A model generated the notes under the pieces. It saw nothing but the letters and a program-made list of their open reading frames with translations. It had not been told where the DNA came from and did not search any database. From contig OX597821.1 of the NCBI GenBank assembly GCA_951406725.2, positions 67,890,001 through 67,954,000 on the forward strand: a stretch of DNA of 64,000 nt, written 5' to 3'. Source of the stretch: Octopus vulgaris (taxonomy: Eukaryota). Made by a program: the position numbers and the translations under genes. Shown here piece by piece: positions 13,225 to 25,804 of the stretch; the stretch's first letter is position 1, and each line of letters opens with the position of its first letter.

Positions 13225-13762
13225 TCAGGTTCAGTAAAAAGTAAGCAACGTTTTGAAACACGAAGAATTCGTACCGGATTTTTGCAAAGTTCTTTAAGCA
13301 TTTTCTTTGCAATTATTTGAGAATACTGCCAAAATGAACGAAAAGCTACTGCCCCTCAGTCTCAGACTGGACAACAGAAGAGGGCTAATCATTCTTCATG
13401 AAAATGCTCGACCACATGTTTCACTAATGAGGATCCAGAAGTTAGGGGAAAATGGCTACGAATTTCTTCCCCACCCAGCTTATACCCCAGACCTTTCTCC
13501 TTCCGAATACCACTTTTTCAAGTACCCTGATGGTTTCCTGCGAGAGGAGTTCAAAACTCAAATCGATGCTGGAAGTGCGTTCAAAGAGTTCATCAACCCC
13601 AGACTCCAAATGTTTCTGTTACTGGAATAAACAAAATTGTAACTCGTTGGCAAAAATGTGTTGATTGTAATAGTATTTTAATGAATAACATTTTCGCATT
13701 GTTGAAATATATTGCGATGAATTTCATGTTTCAAAACGTTGCTTACTTTTTACACAGCCTGA
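13225..13762 (+). mobile_element. internally deleted mariner element with both TIRs and TA target duplication
   Basis: ~40-bp TIRs (tcaggttcagtaaaaagtaagcaacgttttgaaaca and tgtttcaaaacgttgcttactttttacacagcctga) with TA at 13223-13224 and 13763-13764. ORF 13307-13630 has LHENARPH and PHPAYTPDLSPSEYHFF, the HDNARPH and YSPDLAP motifs. Confidence 0.92.
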
Positions 13763-14281
13763 TACATAAGTATGTAGGCATGTATGTATTTCTCTTTATT
13801 TCGCCAACAAACATTGATGAAAGGAGTACGTTACTGCCGCCGCACTCTGCAAATGCTTTTTTCATATGTCAAAATTATTCCCTTATCAATCTCGCATCTA
13901 CTGGAAATTCTGAATATCAGTGATTTCGCCTCCTAGAAATCAATGTCGAAACCATTCACAAAATACAAGACATTAAGCAGGAAAAACTGATGAACACCAT
14001 TCGCCAGTTCTTCACAGATGCTGATTGCACTCGTTGTACTTACAGAGAGTAAACTTGATTTGGCTATAAAGATGTGACTTGGCCTTCGACTTCAAAACTC
14101 TATGAACAGGAACCTCAACAAAATTTCCCAATCACCATGTGGCAATCTTCTTTTACAGCAGCACATCTTTGAATATTCAGTTGCCAGTAACTCCAACACT
14201 TATACCTGTACATTTCACTCCGATAGGAATGAATTCTGTGCAAAAATACCAGACCAAATATTTTGGGGAATTGTCCGAAAT

Positions 14282-14525
14282 ACAGTTCTATATTTAATAG
14301 ATGAGGAATTATGTACATTATTTACATTATTTAGATTTGACGGATATTCATACTCATCTTGTTTGTTGTTAACACAACGTTTCGGCTGATATACCTTCCA
14401 ACCTTCATCAGATTTGAAATTTCCCCAAGACACCTGATGATGGCTGGAGGGTATATCAGCCGAAACGTTGTGTTAACAACAAACAAGATGAGGATAAATA
14501 TCCGTCAAATGTAAATAATGTAAAT
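14282..14525 (-). mobile_element. Penelope-like mini-insertion (hammerhead-bearing inverted repeat) with 13-bp TSD
   Basis: Inverted arms 14317-14411 and 14434-14528. The direct repeat aattgtccgaaat occurs at 14269-14281 and 14526-14538. Confidence 0.8.
14429..14474 (+). ncRNA. minimal type-I hammerhead ribozyme motif
   Basis: GACAC-CTGATGA-t-GGCTG(gagggtatat)CAGCC-GAAA-CG-TT-GTGTT: intact core, 5-bp stems I and II, palindromic ACGT stem III. A second copy on the minus strand at 14371-14411 lacks the 5' strand of stem I. Confidence 0.75.
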
Positions 14526-15346
14526 AATTGTCCGAAATCATCACAGAAAGTCTTCTACATAACACACTGTTCAAACATTCTTCTCCGACGGAGATTGACT
14601 CTCCGCGTTTCCGCTTATCCTCTTTATAATGCTTAGCTTAACAGCTTAGCTATCACACACGCGTGACGATAGTTTGTAGTTTGCATTAGCATCTCACCGA
14701 ATGTTTTAGGTAAATATGGGGTTGAGAGCAGTCATAGATGCCTCCTCAGCCCACCCACCTGTGGGCCAGAGGAACGTCGATAATGTGATAGCTAGAGAGA
14801 GAGAGAGAGAGGAGGTTGAATAGGCTGGAATACCATGGAATGAAGTACCTGGTTCAAGGACAGAATTTGGGGACCCTATCTAGGTCTTGAACCCACGACT
14901 TTATGGTCATCATCCGAAAACTCTTAACGAGTAAAAGACGCTGCATCGGCTGTAGTTTCGATCTGATTTAGAGTGCAATGTGCAACAGGCATATGTTGCA
15001 CCTGCCAAACCTCCAACCGCGGTGTACATGTTACAGAACTCTGTTAACAAGCTACAGAGGGACATCTGCAGGGTTAATCGCTTCTCTCTCTACTGTAGCA
15101 ATCGTTACGGTCACATTCATCGTTGTCCAGTGATTTCTGGTTACGTTGCAGTCTCAACGACTGCATACTCATCGTCAGACACAGCACCCTAACTAAACTA
15201 TAAGAGTTGTTGTTGGAAGAATGCGAACAACTTGTCCAACTGAATACATCTCAGTAGCGAAGATGGTGGAGGTAGCGGCAACGGCAATATGAACTGTAAT
15301 ATCAGGAAGCAGTAAAACTACGGACAGCAGCAATAGCAGCAACGGT

Positions 15347-15535
15347 GGAGGCGCAATGGCCCAGTGGTTAGGGCAGGGGACTCGTGGCCGTAGGAACGTT
15401 TTCGATTCCCAGATCGGGCATTGTGAGTGTTTATTGAGCAAAAACGCCTAAGCTGCACGTGGTTCCGGCGGGAGCGGGGTGAACCCTGCAGTACTCTTTC
15501 ACCACAACTTTCACTCTTTCTTCCTACTTCTGCCA
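15347..15535 (+). mobile_element. tRNA-derived SINE family C
   Basis: ggaggcgcaatggcccagtggttagggcag...ttcgattccc, a tRNA-like head. A relative lies at 25600-25804(-). Confidence 0.75.
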
Positions 15536-15816
15536 CAAAGCAGAGGAACCATGGTGTAACTCACTATGATGAGGTAAACTTTCAGACCCTAGTCTAGATT
15601 GCGAATCCTCTGTGCCCCAGGATAGTTCAGCTCTCCACCCGTTAAAAGCCACCGTTTACGGAATGAGGATAACAACGTAGCTTTCGCGACCGTGCAACCG
15701 CCAGTCTATCGCGTGTGGTGCGTGGATCTTCAAGTTGCCACATGCATTCTTAATAGCTTAGAGTAGGGTCGACATAGAGATTATTCTTTGTGGCTAATGG
15801 CGTGAGTCCTGATTGG

Positions 15817-16002
15817 AAGAAGAAGAAGAAGAAGAAGAAGAAGAAGAAGAAGAAGAAGAAGAAGAAGAAGAAGAAGAAGAAGAAGAAGAAGAAGAAGAAG
15901 AAGAAGAAGAAGAAGAAGAAGAAGAAGAAGAAGAAGAAGAAGAAGAAGAAGAAGAAGAAGAAGAAGAAGAAGAAGAAGAAGAAGAAGAAGAAGAAGAAGA
16001 AG
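15817..16002. repeat. (GAA)n microsatellite
   Basis: Read directly. Confidence 0.97.
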
Positions 16003-16074
16003 AGAAGACAGCTGCAACTATAGCAACAGCAGCGTGATGACTCTCATCGGCAGTAGCTGAGGTAACTTTAATTT

Positions 16075-16450
16075 CAGGAATGGCTGCGTGGTAAGTAGCT
16101 TACTTACCAGCTACATGGTTCTGGGTTCAGTCCCGCTGCGTGGCACCTTGGATAAGTGTCTTTTGCTATAGCCTCGGACCAAAACCTTGAGAGTGGATTT
16201 GGTAGACGGAAAGTGAAAGAAGCCCGTTGTATATATATGTTTGTGTGTCTGCGTTTACCCATCCTCACCATCGCTTGACAACCGATGTTGGCGTGTTTAC
16301 GTCCCCGTTACTTAGCGGTTCGGCAAAATAGATTAGAATAAGTACTGGGCTTGCAAAGAATAAGATCTGGGATCGATTCGTTCGATTAAAGGCGGTGCTC
16401 CAGCATGGCCGCAGTCACATGACTGAAACAATTAAAGGAATTAAAGAATA
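16075..16450 (+). mobile_element. SINE family B
   Basis: Matches the 4065 and 25166 copies along its length. Confidence 0.85.
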
Positions 16451-16637
16451 CCATTATTATCAGCATTAATAACGACTTGACGATTGTACACTCTACGTGG
16501 TCAATCGATTTGCTGGCACAGGGATAGAACGCAGGTACCCTCACATTACACTCCCATCATCTTAAAAGGAAGAATGCATCAGACAAGGTAGTCCCAGATT
16601 CGACTTAAAATGACAAGATGGCAATGGCTGTATAGTG

Positions 16638-16999
16638 TTTCATCATCACAATTATCATAGTCATCATCATCATCATCATCATCATCACCATAATTGTCAT
16701 CATCATGATGATCATCATCATCGGCGTCAGCATCATCATCATCAACACCACCACCATCATCGTCATCATCACCACCATCATCGCCATCACCATCATCGCC
16801 ATCACCATCTTCATCATCATCAAAATCATCGGTGTTAACATCATCTTCCTCATCAGCAGCAGTAGCCGCAGCAGCAGCAGCAGCAGCATCACCACCACCA
16901 TCATCATCATCCTCATCATCATCATCATCATTTACTACACAGCGCAATAATAATCAAGCGAATCAACGCCACACTAATCAGCAACTACATGCATATCAC

Positions 17000-17040
<41 letters not shown>

Positions 17041-17080
17041 ATGTCATCGTTATCCTCACCATCACCCGCATCATCATCGT
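16638..17080. repeat. degenerate (CAT)n/(CAC)n/(CAG)n trinucleotide tract
   Basis: Read directly; it is the source of the poly-H/D/M/I ORFs in the track. Confidence 0.9.
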
Positions 17081-17687
17081 CACTATTATCTCCATTAGCA
17101 ACACCATCACCCCCCCTCCCCGTCGTCTTCATCATTCTGATGCAGTTCATGATGCAGGTCAGGAGAGAAAGGCTCCATTTTTATGAACAAGATATATACC
17201 CTTGTGGTAATTGTTAGGTCTTACAAACCACTTACAAGACGAAAGAATGGTTAATATCCGGTTGCCGTTCTGAAATGGAATAGGAGGAGGGCACTAGCAA
17301 TGGCAAGATTGTAGAAGAGCGATATATTAAGGGAGTGTGCTATACAGAAAAGGAATGACACACAGAAAGAGGGAGAGAGAGAGAGAGAGAGAGAGAAATT
17401 GTGCGGAAACGAGATTGAGAGAAAGTGAGAGAGAATGAAGAACAGTGTGCATTTGGCTCTATCATGTTATATTTGTTCTTTCTCCGTGTGTGCTTGTGTG
17501 TTTGTTCGTGTGTGTGTGTGTTTGTATTGGTCATGCATCAATCAAATAATGCGAGAGTCTGTGTTCGTCTGTTCTGAATGCGTATTTCCGTGCATGATGT
17601 ATTTATGCGTATCTGTATATGTGAATGCGTGTGTATGTATGTCTGTGTATGGTAGATTACGATTATTCATTCATGTGTCTTGTGTAT

Positions 17688-17752
<65 letters not shown>

Positions 17753-18482
17753 TATGTGTGTTAGTGAATATGTGTGAGTGTACCTCTCTCATTCTCTCTG
17801 TATATTTGTTCGCGAATTTGTCTCCCTACAAATCTGAGTGCATGTGTATGATGCTCGGGATATGATGCCTCGGGATACGTCTGTATATATATATATGTGT
17901 GTGTGTATGTGTGTGTGTGTGCTTCTATGTGTCTATGGCTTTGCAAGTATAGAAATATGAGTGTGCGGTGTGTACTTGTGCCTGTGTGTTCGTGTTCATA
18001 TATGTATGTATGTATGTATATATGTATGTATGTATGCATGTGTGAGTGTGTATGCATGTTTGTTTGTGTTTGTGTGTGTGTGCGTGCGTGCGTGTGTGTG
18101 TGTGTGTGTGGTGCAGACGTGTCAGATTTGGCTGCAGAAAGGACCGATAAAACGGAGGATTAATGTTTGTCTGAATGACATCTGATAAATCGATAGAGAG
18201 GCTTTTGTTTTTCGTGAACTTCCACTGTGAGGAAGCGGAAACACGAAGCCGCCATCTTTACTTAACTCTAAGCAAAGTCAGACAATAATCTTCTAATATT
18301 CATCGCAGTGCACACACATACAATTACATGCATAAACACACACACTCATACACATACATACATCTATATAAATACAAACACACATATATTCATATCTAAA
18401 TATATATATTATATGCGTGTATGTGTGTTTATGTGTGTGGATGTATGTATATATCTGTGTGCACACATATCTAAACATTTAC

Positions 18483-18535
<53 letters not shown>

Positions 18536-19184
18536 TATGCAAAAGCACTTGAACATAATTATACATAAGCAACAAATGTATTAATGTATATGTTCGAACA
18601 AACACACACATACTGACACACATACACTCATACAGAGAAGTACAAACAAGCGTGCACTCACAAATATAGAAGATAAATTATATATTTCTAAATCTTTCTC
18701 TTTTTCTGATGTAGTCTGCCTCGCTTTTGTCTTCCTGTAACATATACAAATATGTGTGCATTTGTCTTTGTAAGTTTGCGGTATATGTATGTGTAAGTAT
18801 GTTAATGGCTTTCTGTATATGTAAATATGTGTTTTTGTCTATACGCATAGGTTTTATCCTACTTTATCCAAACTTTATAGCATATTGCATATTTAAATAG
18901 ATTTCTTTTCCTCCCGACACTACGCCATAATATCAGTGTTTCTAATGTCATACTGCCGCTAATCTAACTACACCCATCTCATTATTGCCTGCCTATGACA
19001 TTCCATTTATACTACTCCATAAACCGTCTCCACAATCGGCCCCGAGCTCTGTGTTGTACCAATCATAAGCATCAGTAGATACATATACGATTATGCACAT
19101 TATATATTATATATGTGAGTAATGCACAGTCAGTAATAGTGTTAAACACGCGAGCGCCTGCAGAAAGAAGAATGCGAGAAGTAC

Positions 19185-19853
19185 GGAAGACCTTCTTTAG
19201 CCTGGGGTGCCGGTATTTCTCCTTTCCCAACCCACTGTCTTTGGCACTTGACATTTTTATAGAGAACCCATTTCTCGTCACCAGTTACTATTCAGTCCAA
19301 AAACGGTTCATTTGTGAGACGTGATAGCAAAGAAGAGCACATATTCAGACTTGGAAAGGTTGTGAGAAACTCATTGACCGAATTTCCTGACTTTTCCGAT
19401 GGCACACATGTGTCGATGAATGATTAAATGACTACATCCTATCTTCTCTGCTAGTTCCTCAACAGTTACGGTGGGATTTTGTTTCACCAGGGTCTGCAGG
19501 ACCACCTCGTCGAGCTCTACACATCTTTCTAGGCTGTAGTTTCGGGCTCTGGCTTACGCTTATTGCCTGATCCCCATATGCAGCTTTGATATTCCTTGCA
19601 CTTCTCGTTGCGTTGTTGTCCTTATTGAAATCTTAATGCAAAATATATCGAATATGATCCTTTGTCATTTCCATTGTATCCTTGAAAAGATAACTGTTAA
19701 AATTGAACTGCTCTCTTCAAAATTTCACTAAGAAAAAGTACAAGGTAAAATTACTACCAAGCTTATATAGTAAGTTGATGCAAGGAGTTTATTCCGTCTT
19801 CCTCCGACTTTTAGTTCATGCAATTGAAAAAACCGCATTATTTATGGGATAAC

Positions 19854-19857
<4 letters not shown>
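19185..19857 (-). mobile_element. mariner transposon, 5' two-thirds, degraded
   Basis: Minus-strand TIR ttgggttatcccataaataatgcgg next to TA, with ATG at 19674. Fragments read SARNIKAAYGDQA, QNPTVTVEELAEK, GQ*VSHNL and IVTGDEKWVLY (first catalytic D). Confidence 0.88.
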
Positions 19858-19890
<33 letters not shown>

Positions 19891-19892
<2 letters not shown>

Positions 19893-20085
19893 TGTTGAGT
19901 CTGGGGAGAGTCATTTTCTTTTTGTGCTTTATAAATTAACACACTCACCTGTAAAATTTCCACTTATTTTTATTTTCCTGTTTAATTATAAGGCACAAAA
20001 AGAAAATGACTCTCCCCAAACACAACAGAATATGCTTCAACACACGAACTCATATAAAGAATCTTGCAAACCAAATCCAAAACCG

Positions 20086-20087
<2 letters not shown>
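19891..20087 (+). mobile_element. short insertion in (TA)n with inverted 5' segment (PLE-type architecture)
   Basis: Arms 19892-19939 and 19982-20028 are reverse complements, followed by an unpaired tail, with (TA)n on both sides. No hammerhead motif is retained. Confidence 0.5.
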
Positions 20088-20122
<35 letters not shown>

Positions 20123-20609
20123 ATGTATTGCTTTTTTGTCAATAAATATATCAAATACTGTGTTAAATTGTTTCTATGTTGTCTATGTTGCAATTTTAAA
20201 AAGCCTTATTTCCAATATAAGATAGACAGTATAGAGATTTTGGTGATTGGAACGGTTTACAGCTGCCACTTCCGACTGCAGCTGCCACTTTTTGTTGCTA
20301 ATAGACAGTGTGTCAGACAGAAGATTGAGGTAAGGTATGGTGTGGTGTAAGGTAAATCTAGTAAGAACACTGTGGGCGGAGAAGGTGTTGGGGAGAGTGT
20401 CTGTCTGTGGTTAAGGAGAAATGGAAATATCTAAGTAATCTGTATCGAAACTAGATAGGTAGGTACGGAGATTGATAATTACATACATACATGCGTATGT
20501 ACGTACGTACAAAACAAACACATTCACCAGTATGTAAATGTATATATATATATATGATCACACACACATACTGTATAGGTAAATAGGATAAGGAAAACGT
20601 GTGCGTTTG

Positions 20610-20676
<67 letters not shown>

Positions 20677-20696
20677 CATACAGAGGTATACACACA

Positions 20697-20744
<48 letters not shown>

Positions 20745-20802
20745 CGTATATGTATGTATATTTGTGTATATATATATACACACAAATATACATACATATA
20801 CG

Positions 20803-20855
<53 letters not shown>

Positions 20856-20892
20856 ATACCTCTGTATGTATGTATGTATGTATATATGTATG

Positions 20893-20940
<48 letters not shown>

Positions 20941-21529
20941 GTAGTATGTAAGTATGTACGTATGTATAATACTAACGTGTGTTCCACCACAGAACGAAGG
21001 AAAGAAAGGCAGGAAAATGACGAATAAGCGAATTGAAAGAAATAGCTAATAGAAATACACCAGAAAAATATTTAAAGAACCAATAAAAAGTGGTTTTCAA
21101 AAAATGACGTTAGTGAGTGGGAAGCAAAATTAAGGAATGGAGCATGGGAGGAAACAAAGGTAGAGACAGAGAAAGGTAGAGGAAAGAATGGAAGCTCTCT
21201 AAGTGACACCGGTGAAGGAAAAATAGAAAGAAAAGCAACAATGGTTTGTCTTTTTATTCAGGAAGGGAGTAATTGCGAAATAAATTTCAATGAGTCTTGA
21301 ATAGGATAAACCAAAATGAAAAATATAAAAAGCAAAGAAGGAATGAAGAAATAATAGAAGCGTAAAATTAAATTTGTCGAAAAGGCAATTTGCTTCATGA
21401 GTTTTCTTCTGGAATGAAATTTGGCTCTGCCCTCTCTCTCACCTCACACCTATTTGTTACTCAACATTGTAGCCCCAGACCTGTCTAGCTCTTCACTGTT
21501 TGTACATGGCCATCTGGCACACTCACTTA

Positions 21530-21920
21530 TCATTTAATGGTGTGCCAAATGGTTGGGTGGTTGCAGATAACGGAGGACCATGTAGATGAGTAGTTAGAAA
21601 AGCTGGGGTACCAAAATAGTTGGGCGCCACAGAGGGCAGAATACCAACTCATGTGTAACGATAAGAATAAAGAGAAAGTGCCTTCTCGAGTCATACAGAC
21701 TGAAAGGGCTGCTTTTCCAGTTTTCTTGGAGGATATATTTCGTCCCTGAACGGAACGCAAGTCTCTCGTGAGATTACTCATTTTTACAAGCTGAATAGAC
21801 TTGCATAACCAGAAATGAAGTGTTATGCTCAAGAACACAACGCATCACCCGGTTCAAGAATCGAAATCACAAACTTATGATCATAAGTCCAACACCTTAA
21901 CCACTAAGCTACGCACCCCC
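21530..21920 (-). mobile_element. SINE family D
   Basis: Reverse complement begins ggggtgcgtagcttagtggttaaggtgttggac...gtttgtgatttcgattc...tgtgttcttgagc. Confidence 0.65.
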
Positions 21921-23847
21921 ATCTTAGTCATGATGTATTGTTTGCTTCCCTACGTTGGAAACATAATTCTATCTTGACTTCAGAACCCCGTCAGTATAAT
22001 TTCTGCATTGGTTTCTCAGACATTATCTCTAACAAACTGGTATTTTACCCGATTAAAGATTTGTCACACATTCAACTAACTCTACATAAATCGTTACTAT
22101 ATATACTTCGACAGGCTAGGTGCTTCAGCATTGAATATTGTGTGCGGAATTGCTCTAACTAGATTATGTGACCGTTCTATGTGTAACTTTGTATGGGGTA
22201 GGATGTCCATTTGTCAGTGTGTGATACCTTGTGAGTTTACGTGAATGAAATGTAGAGTTCTATTCACTAGATTTATATGGTATCAATTAGATGGTCGAAT
22301 GTCAAAATGGCACTTATATGGTCACAGATCAGTTCAGTACCATTCAGTCTTGATATCATCAGGGGTCATCAGAGTATAATATGTAGGAAAATATGCTGCT
22401 ATTTCCACCATACGGAGTGACTGCGTAGAGACATCCCCGTAGCAAGTCGCATAAAGAGTTTCAACCTGACGTCCTGTCACATGGAATGAGTTTATTTTGT
22501 TTTTGATAAAGTACCGCGTCAGTCGAAGGCCATTTCATTCACTTCCAACAAGATAACACGCAAAAAATACCTTAAGCATCTCATTAACCAAGTGTTGTTG
22601 TTGCTTTTCTTATTGTTCGTTCTAGTAATGGATAATTCGATATTGAGCAGAGGGAAGATCGAAGTTGATAGTACCCTGGGTCATTTTTATCAAGCAAATA
22701 TTTCAGTGATATCAATAATCATTATCTTCTTGCAGCATTTTAAGATTATAGAGCGTGATCTCAGAGAGGTTTAGTTTCTATATCAAGCAGACCAACTCAT
22801 ACATTGAGATTGTCGGTGGTTTGTTTAGACCAGATGTTGTTGTTGTATTTTTGTGTCTGTTTCCTTTTTATGTTTTTTGTTTATCTATTTTTTTTTCAAT
22901 TAAGTTTACCCCGACAGTGTTCAGGAGGGAGTCCTGCAATTATCAGGTATAAACAACCTTTAGTAGTCGTAAAATATTAATTCAGATCTCAGGAAATTGG
23001 TGAAAACAAGCATATATCATAAAAGTTTTATGACACTTTCTTTAGGAAGGTAAATTATAATTTATAGCCTAGGGGGCGCTGTCATCGAAAACATTTGAAA
23101 CTATCACTGTAGGTGTTTACTCATCCCCGCCCCATATATATTGCTATATAAAAGGAGTGTATTTCTCAACACAACGAGTCGTTCTTATGGAATCCACTTT
23201 CATTTGGTTGTCCAAAATATAACCACTGTGAGAACCCATCTATCATAATTTATGGCTGTAAGATGATTTGAAATTAATGAAGTTAGAAAGCATATTAGTT
23301 GGAGTTTCATTTCATACCAGTTCTATACAATTATTAATATTTTATTTATATTTCATCGATTATCTATAACTAACCAGAATGTTTATTGCTTACATTGTGA
23401 CAGAGTAGATTCGATCTTGATACATTCATCACTATATCGTTTACTGTCCTCCTGTTGGCTTTTTACTTTTATATTTCATTTGGTTTGCCATCTTGTTATA
23501 TATATTTATGCAATTATATCAGCTCACTCTGTGAAGACACATCCGACAGCGAAATGTGAATTCTTTCTTTGTAGTTGGCGTATTTCATTACCGATATTGT
23601 TGAATACTGTGCAACTGGTATAATACAATAATATGTATAGACATATAATATACAGCCGCTGCTTTTAATAGCCCTACAGTTGCCTCGTTGTCTGTATCGC
23701 TGAGCCGCACGACTTATATGAAGTAGGTTCAGACTATAGATTTGTACGGGCTCTGAAGAACCTATCAGACACCGGTGGATATCTGATAAGTTTCTCCTTC
23801 CAAAAGAATATCAAAACCTCCGTCCATCTTAATATTTCATAAAGGTT

Positions 23848-24030
23848 AAAGCGGCGAGCTGGCAAAATCGATAGCACACCAGGCGAAACGCTTAGCGGCA
23901 TTTCGTCCGATTTTACGTAGTGAGTTCAGTTTCCACCGTGGTCGGCTATGCTTTTCATCCTTTCGGGGTCGATGAAATAAGTACCAGTTGTGTACTGGGG
24001 TCGATGCAATTGACTCACTCCTCCCCTCCA
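23848..24030 (+). mobile_element. SINE family A
   Basis: gcggcgagctggcaaaatcg...ttttcatcctttcggggtcgatgaaataagtaccag. Confidence 0.8.
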
Positions 24031-24665
24031 GGAAGTCCTCAGATTTTTCGAGGAACTTTATATCCTCGGCACTTTCCAGCAATTCTAATCCCTGGAACAT
24101 TCCAGGGAGCCCACAGAATTTTCCCGGAAGACTTAACCTCGGAACTTTCCAGGAAGTCCTCTGAATTTTCCAGGAAATCTCATCCTCGGAACTTTCCAGA
24201 AATTCCTCGGAAATTTCCAGTAAGAAATTTCCTAGAATACTAATCCTCGGAACTTTCTACGAAGTCCTCGAGAATTTCCAGGAAATCTCATCCACTAGAT
24301 TTTCCAGGAAGTCCTCGGAAATTTGCAGTAAGTCTATCCTCGGAACTTTCCAGGAAGTCCTCGAATATTTCCTGGAAATCCTTGGAATTTTCCTGAATAT
24401 CTCAACCATGAAGGATAATGCCCGGAACTTTCCAGGAAGTCTATAATCCTCGGATTGTTCCAGGAAGTCCTCGGAATTTTCCAGAAAGGAATTCCTCTCC
24501 TTTTCTGAACTTTCCAGGAAGTAATTCTTTCCCTCCTCCCTTCCTCGGAAATTTCCAGGATGTAATTCTTTCCTCTCCTCGGAACTCTCCAAGAACTAAT
24601 TCTTCCTCTTCTTCCTCCTCGGAGCTTTCCAAGAATTAATTCCTCCCCCTTCCTTGGAACTTTAT
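24025..24665. repeat. minisatellite with ~21-bp core CCTCGGAACTTTCCAGGAAGT
   Basis: Many diverged copies of cctcggaa(c/t)tttccaggaa with variable spacers. Confidence 0.85.
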
Positions 24666-24815
24666 ATATTTTCACTCCAAAGCACGCACATTTTGTAGGT
24701 TTGTACTGTCTGAATCGCAACCGCGAGTAGGCAAGCAAAAGTGTGTTCGCATATTTGCGTCAACCGTTGTCAAGGGGTTAAGGCCCAGAAAGGCCCTTAA
24801 ACGTTTTGGTGCCCC

Positions 24816-24847
<32 letters not shown>

Positions 24848-24980
24848 CCATCGTCCTCATCATTATCATCACCGTTTAACGTTCGTTTCCATGCTGGCAT
24901 GGGTTGGACGGTTTGACGGGGACTGGCAAGCCAGGAGGCCGCACCAGGCTCCAATCTGATCTGACAATGTTTCTGCAGCC
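24816..24980 (-). mobile_element. retroelement 3' end with (GAT)n tail (RTE-type tail)
   Basis: Minus strand ...ccgtccaacccatgccagcatggaaacgaacgttaaacg runs directly into (GAT)n. The family assignment is inferred. Confidence 0.5.
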
Positions 24981-25165
24981 CTAGTTCACAGACACAATAA
25001 AAATTTACCAGACCCCCACTCCACCCCAAATTATTCCAATTCTTTGAAATCATCAGTTAAGCTACATTCGTCTAATATTTTCCAAAATCAAAAATTTAAT
25101 TTGAAGAAATCCTTTCTTTTGAAATGGAATGTTTCCCAAATCATATTTTGCTATTATTTAAATAA

Positions 25166-25570
25166 AGGCGCAGGAATGGTGGTGTGGTAAGTAGCTTGCT
25201 TACCAACCACATGGTTCCGGGTCCAGTCCCACTGAGTGGCACCTTGGGCAAGTGTCTTCTACTATAGCCTCGGGCCGACCAAATCCTTGTGAGTGGATTT
25301 GGTAGACGGAAACTGAAAGAAGCCCGTCGTATATATGTATATGTATATATATGTGTGTCTGTGTGTTTGTGTTTGTCCCCCCAACATTGTTTGACAACCG
25401 ATGCTGGTGTGTTTACGTTCCCGTAATCTAGAGGTTCGGCAAAAGAGAGTGATAGAATAAGTACTAGGCTTACAAAGAATAAATTCTAGGGTCGATTTGC
25501 TCGACTAAAGGCGGTACTCCAACATGGCCACAGTCACATGACTGAAACAACTAAAAGAGTAAAAGAGTAA
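25166..25570 (+). mobile_element. SINE family B, full length and well preserved
   Basis: Complete head, body and (AAAAGAGT)n tail. Confidence 0.9.
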
Positions 25571-25599
25571 ATATTTACCTGAATTAATAGTCATGGCGT

Positions 25600-25804
25600 C
25601 GAAGGTGGACTGCAAGATGCAGGAGGAAAGTGTGAGAGAAAGTTGTGGCGAAAGAGTCAGCGGAAGTTCGCCATTACCCTCTGCCGGAGTCGCGTGGAAC
25701 TTAGGTATTTCGCTCATAAACACACACATCGCCCGGTCTGAGATTCGAACCCGCGATCCCTCGACCGCGAGTCCGCTGCTCTAACTACTAGTCCATGTGC
25801 CTCC
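25600..25804 (-). mobile_element. SINE family C
   Basis: Minus strand ggaggcacatggactagtagttagagcagcggactcgcggtcgagggatcgcgggttcgaatc, a clear tRNA-like head. Confidence 0.8.

Noticed and set aside
15347-15420. tRNA gene (also 25735-25804 and other SINE heads)
   Set aside because: The tRNA-like heads continue into multicopy SINE bodies and lack a proper acceptor stem and terminator.
16579-17186. Poly-His, poly-Asp or poly-Ala ORFs suggesting a transcription-factor exon
   Set aside because: Open in several frames on both strands only because of (CAT)n. There is no adjacent domain or convincing splice context.
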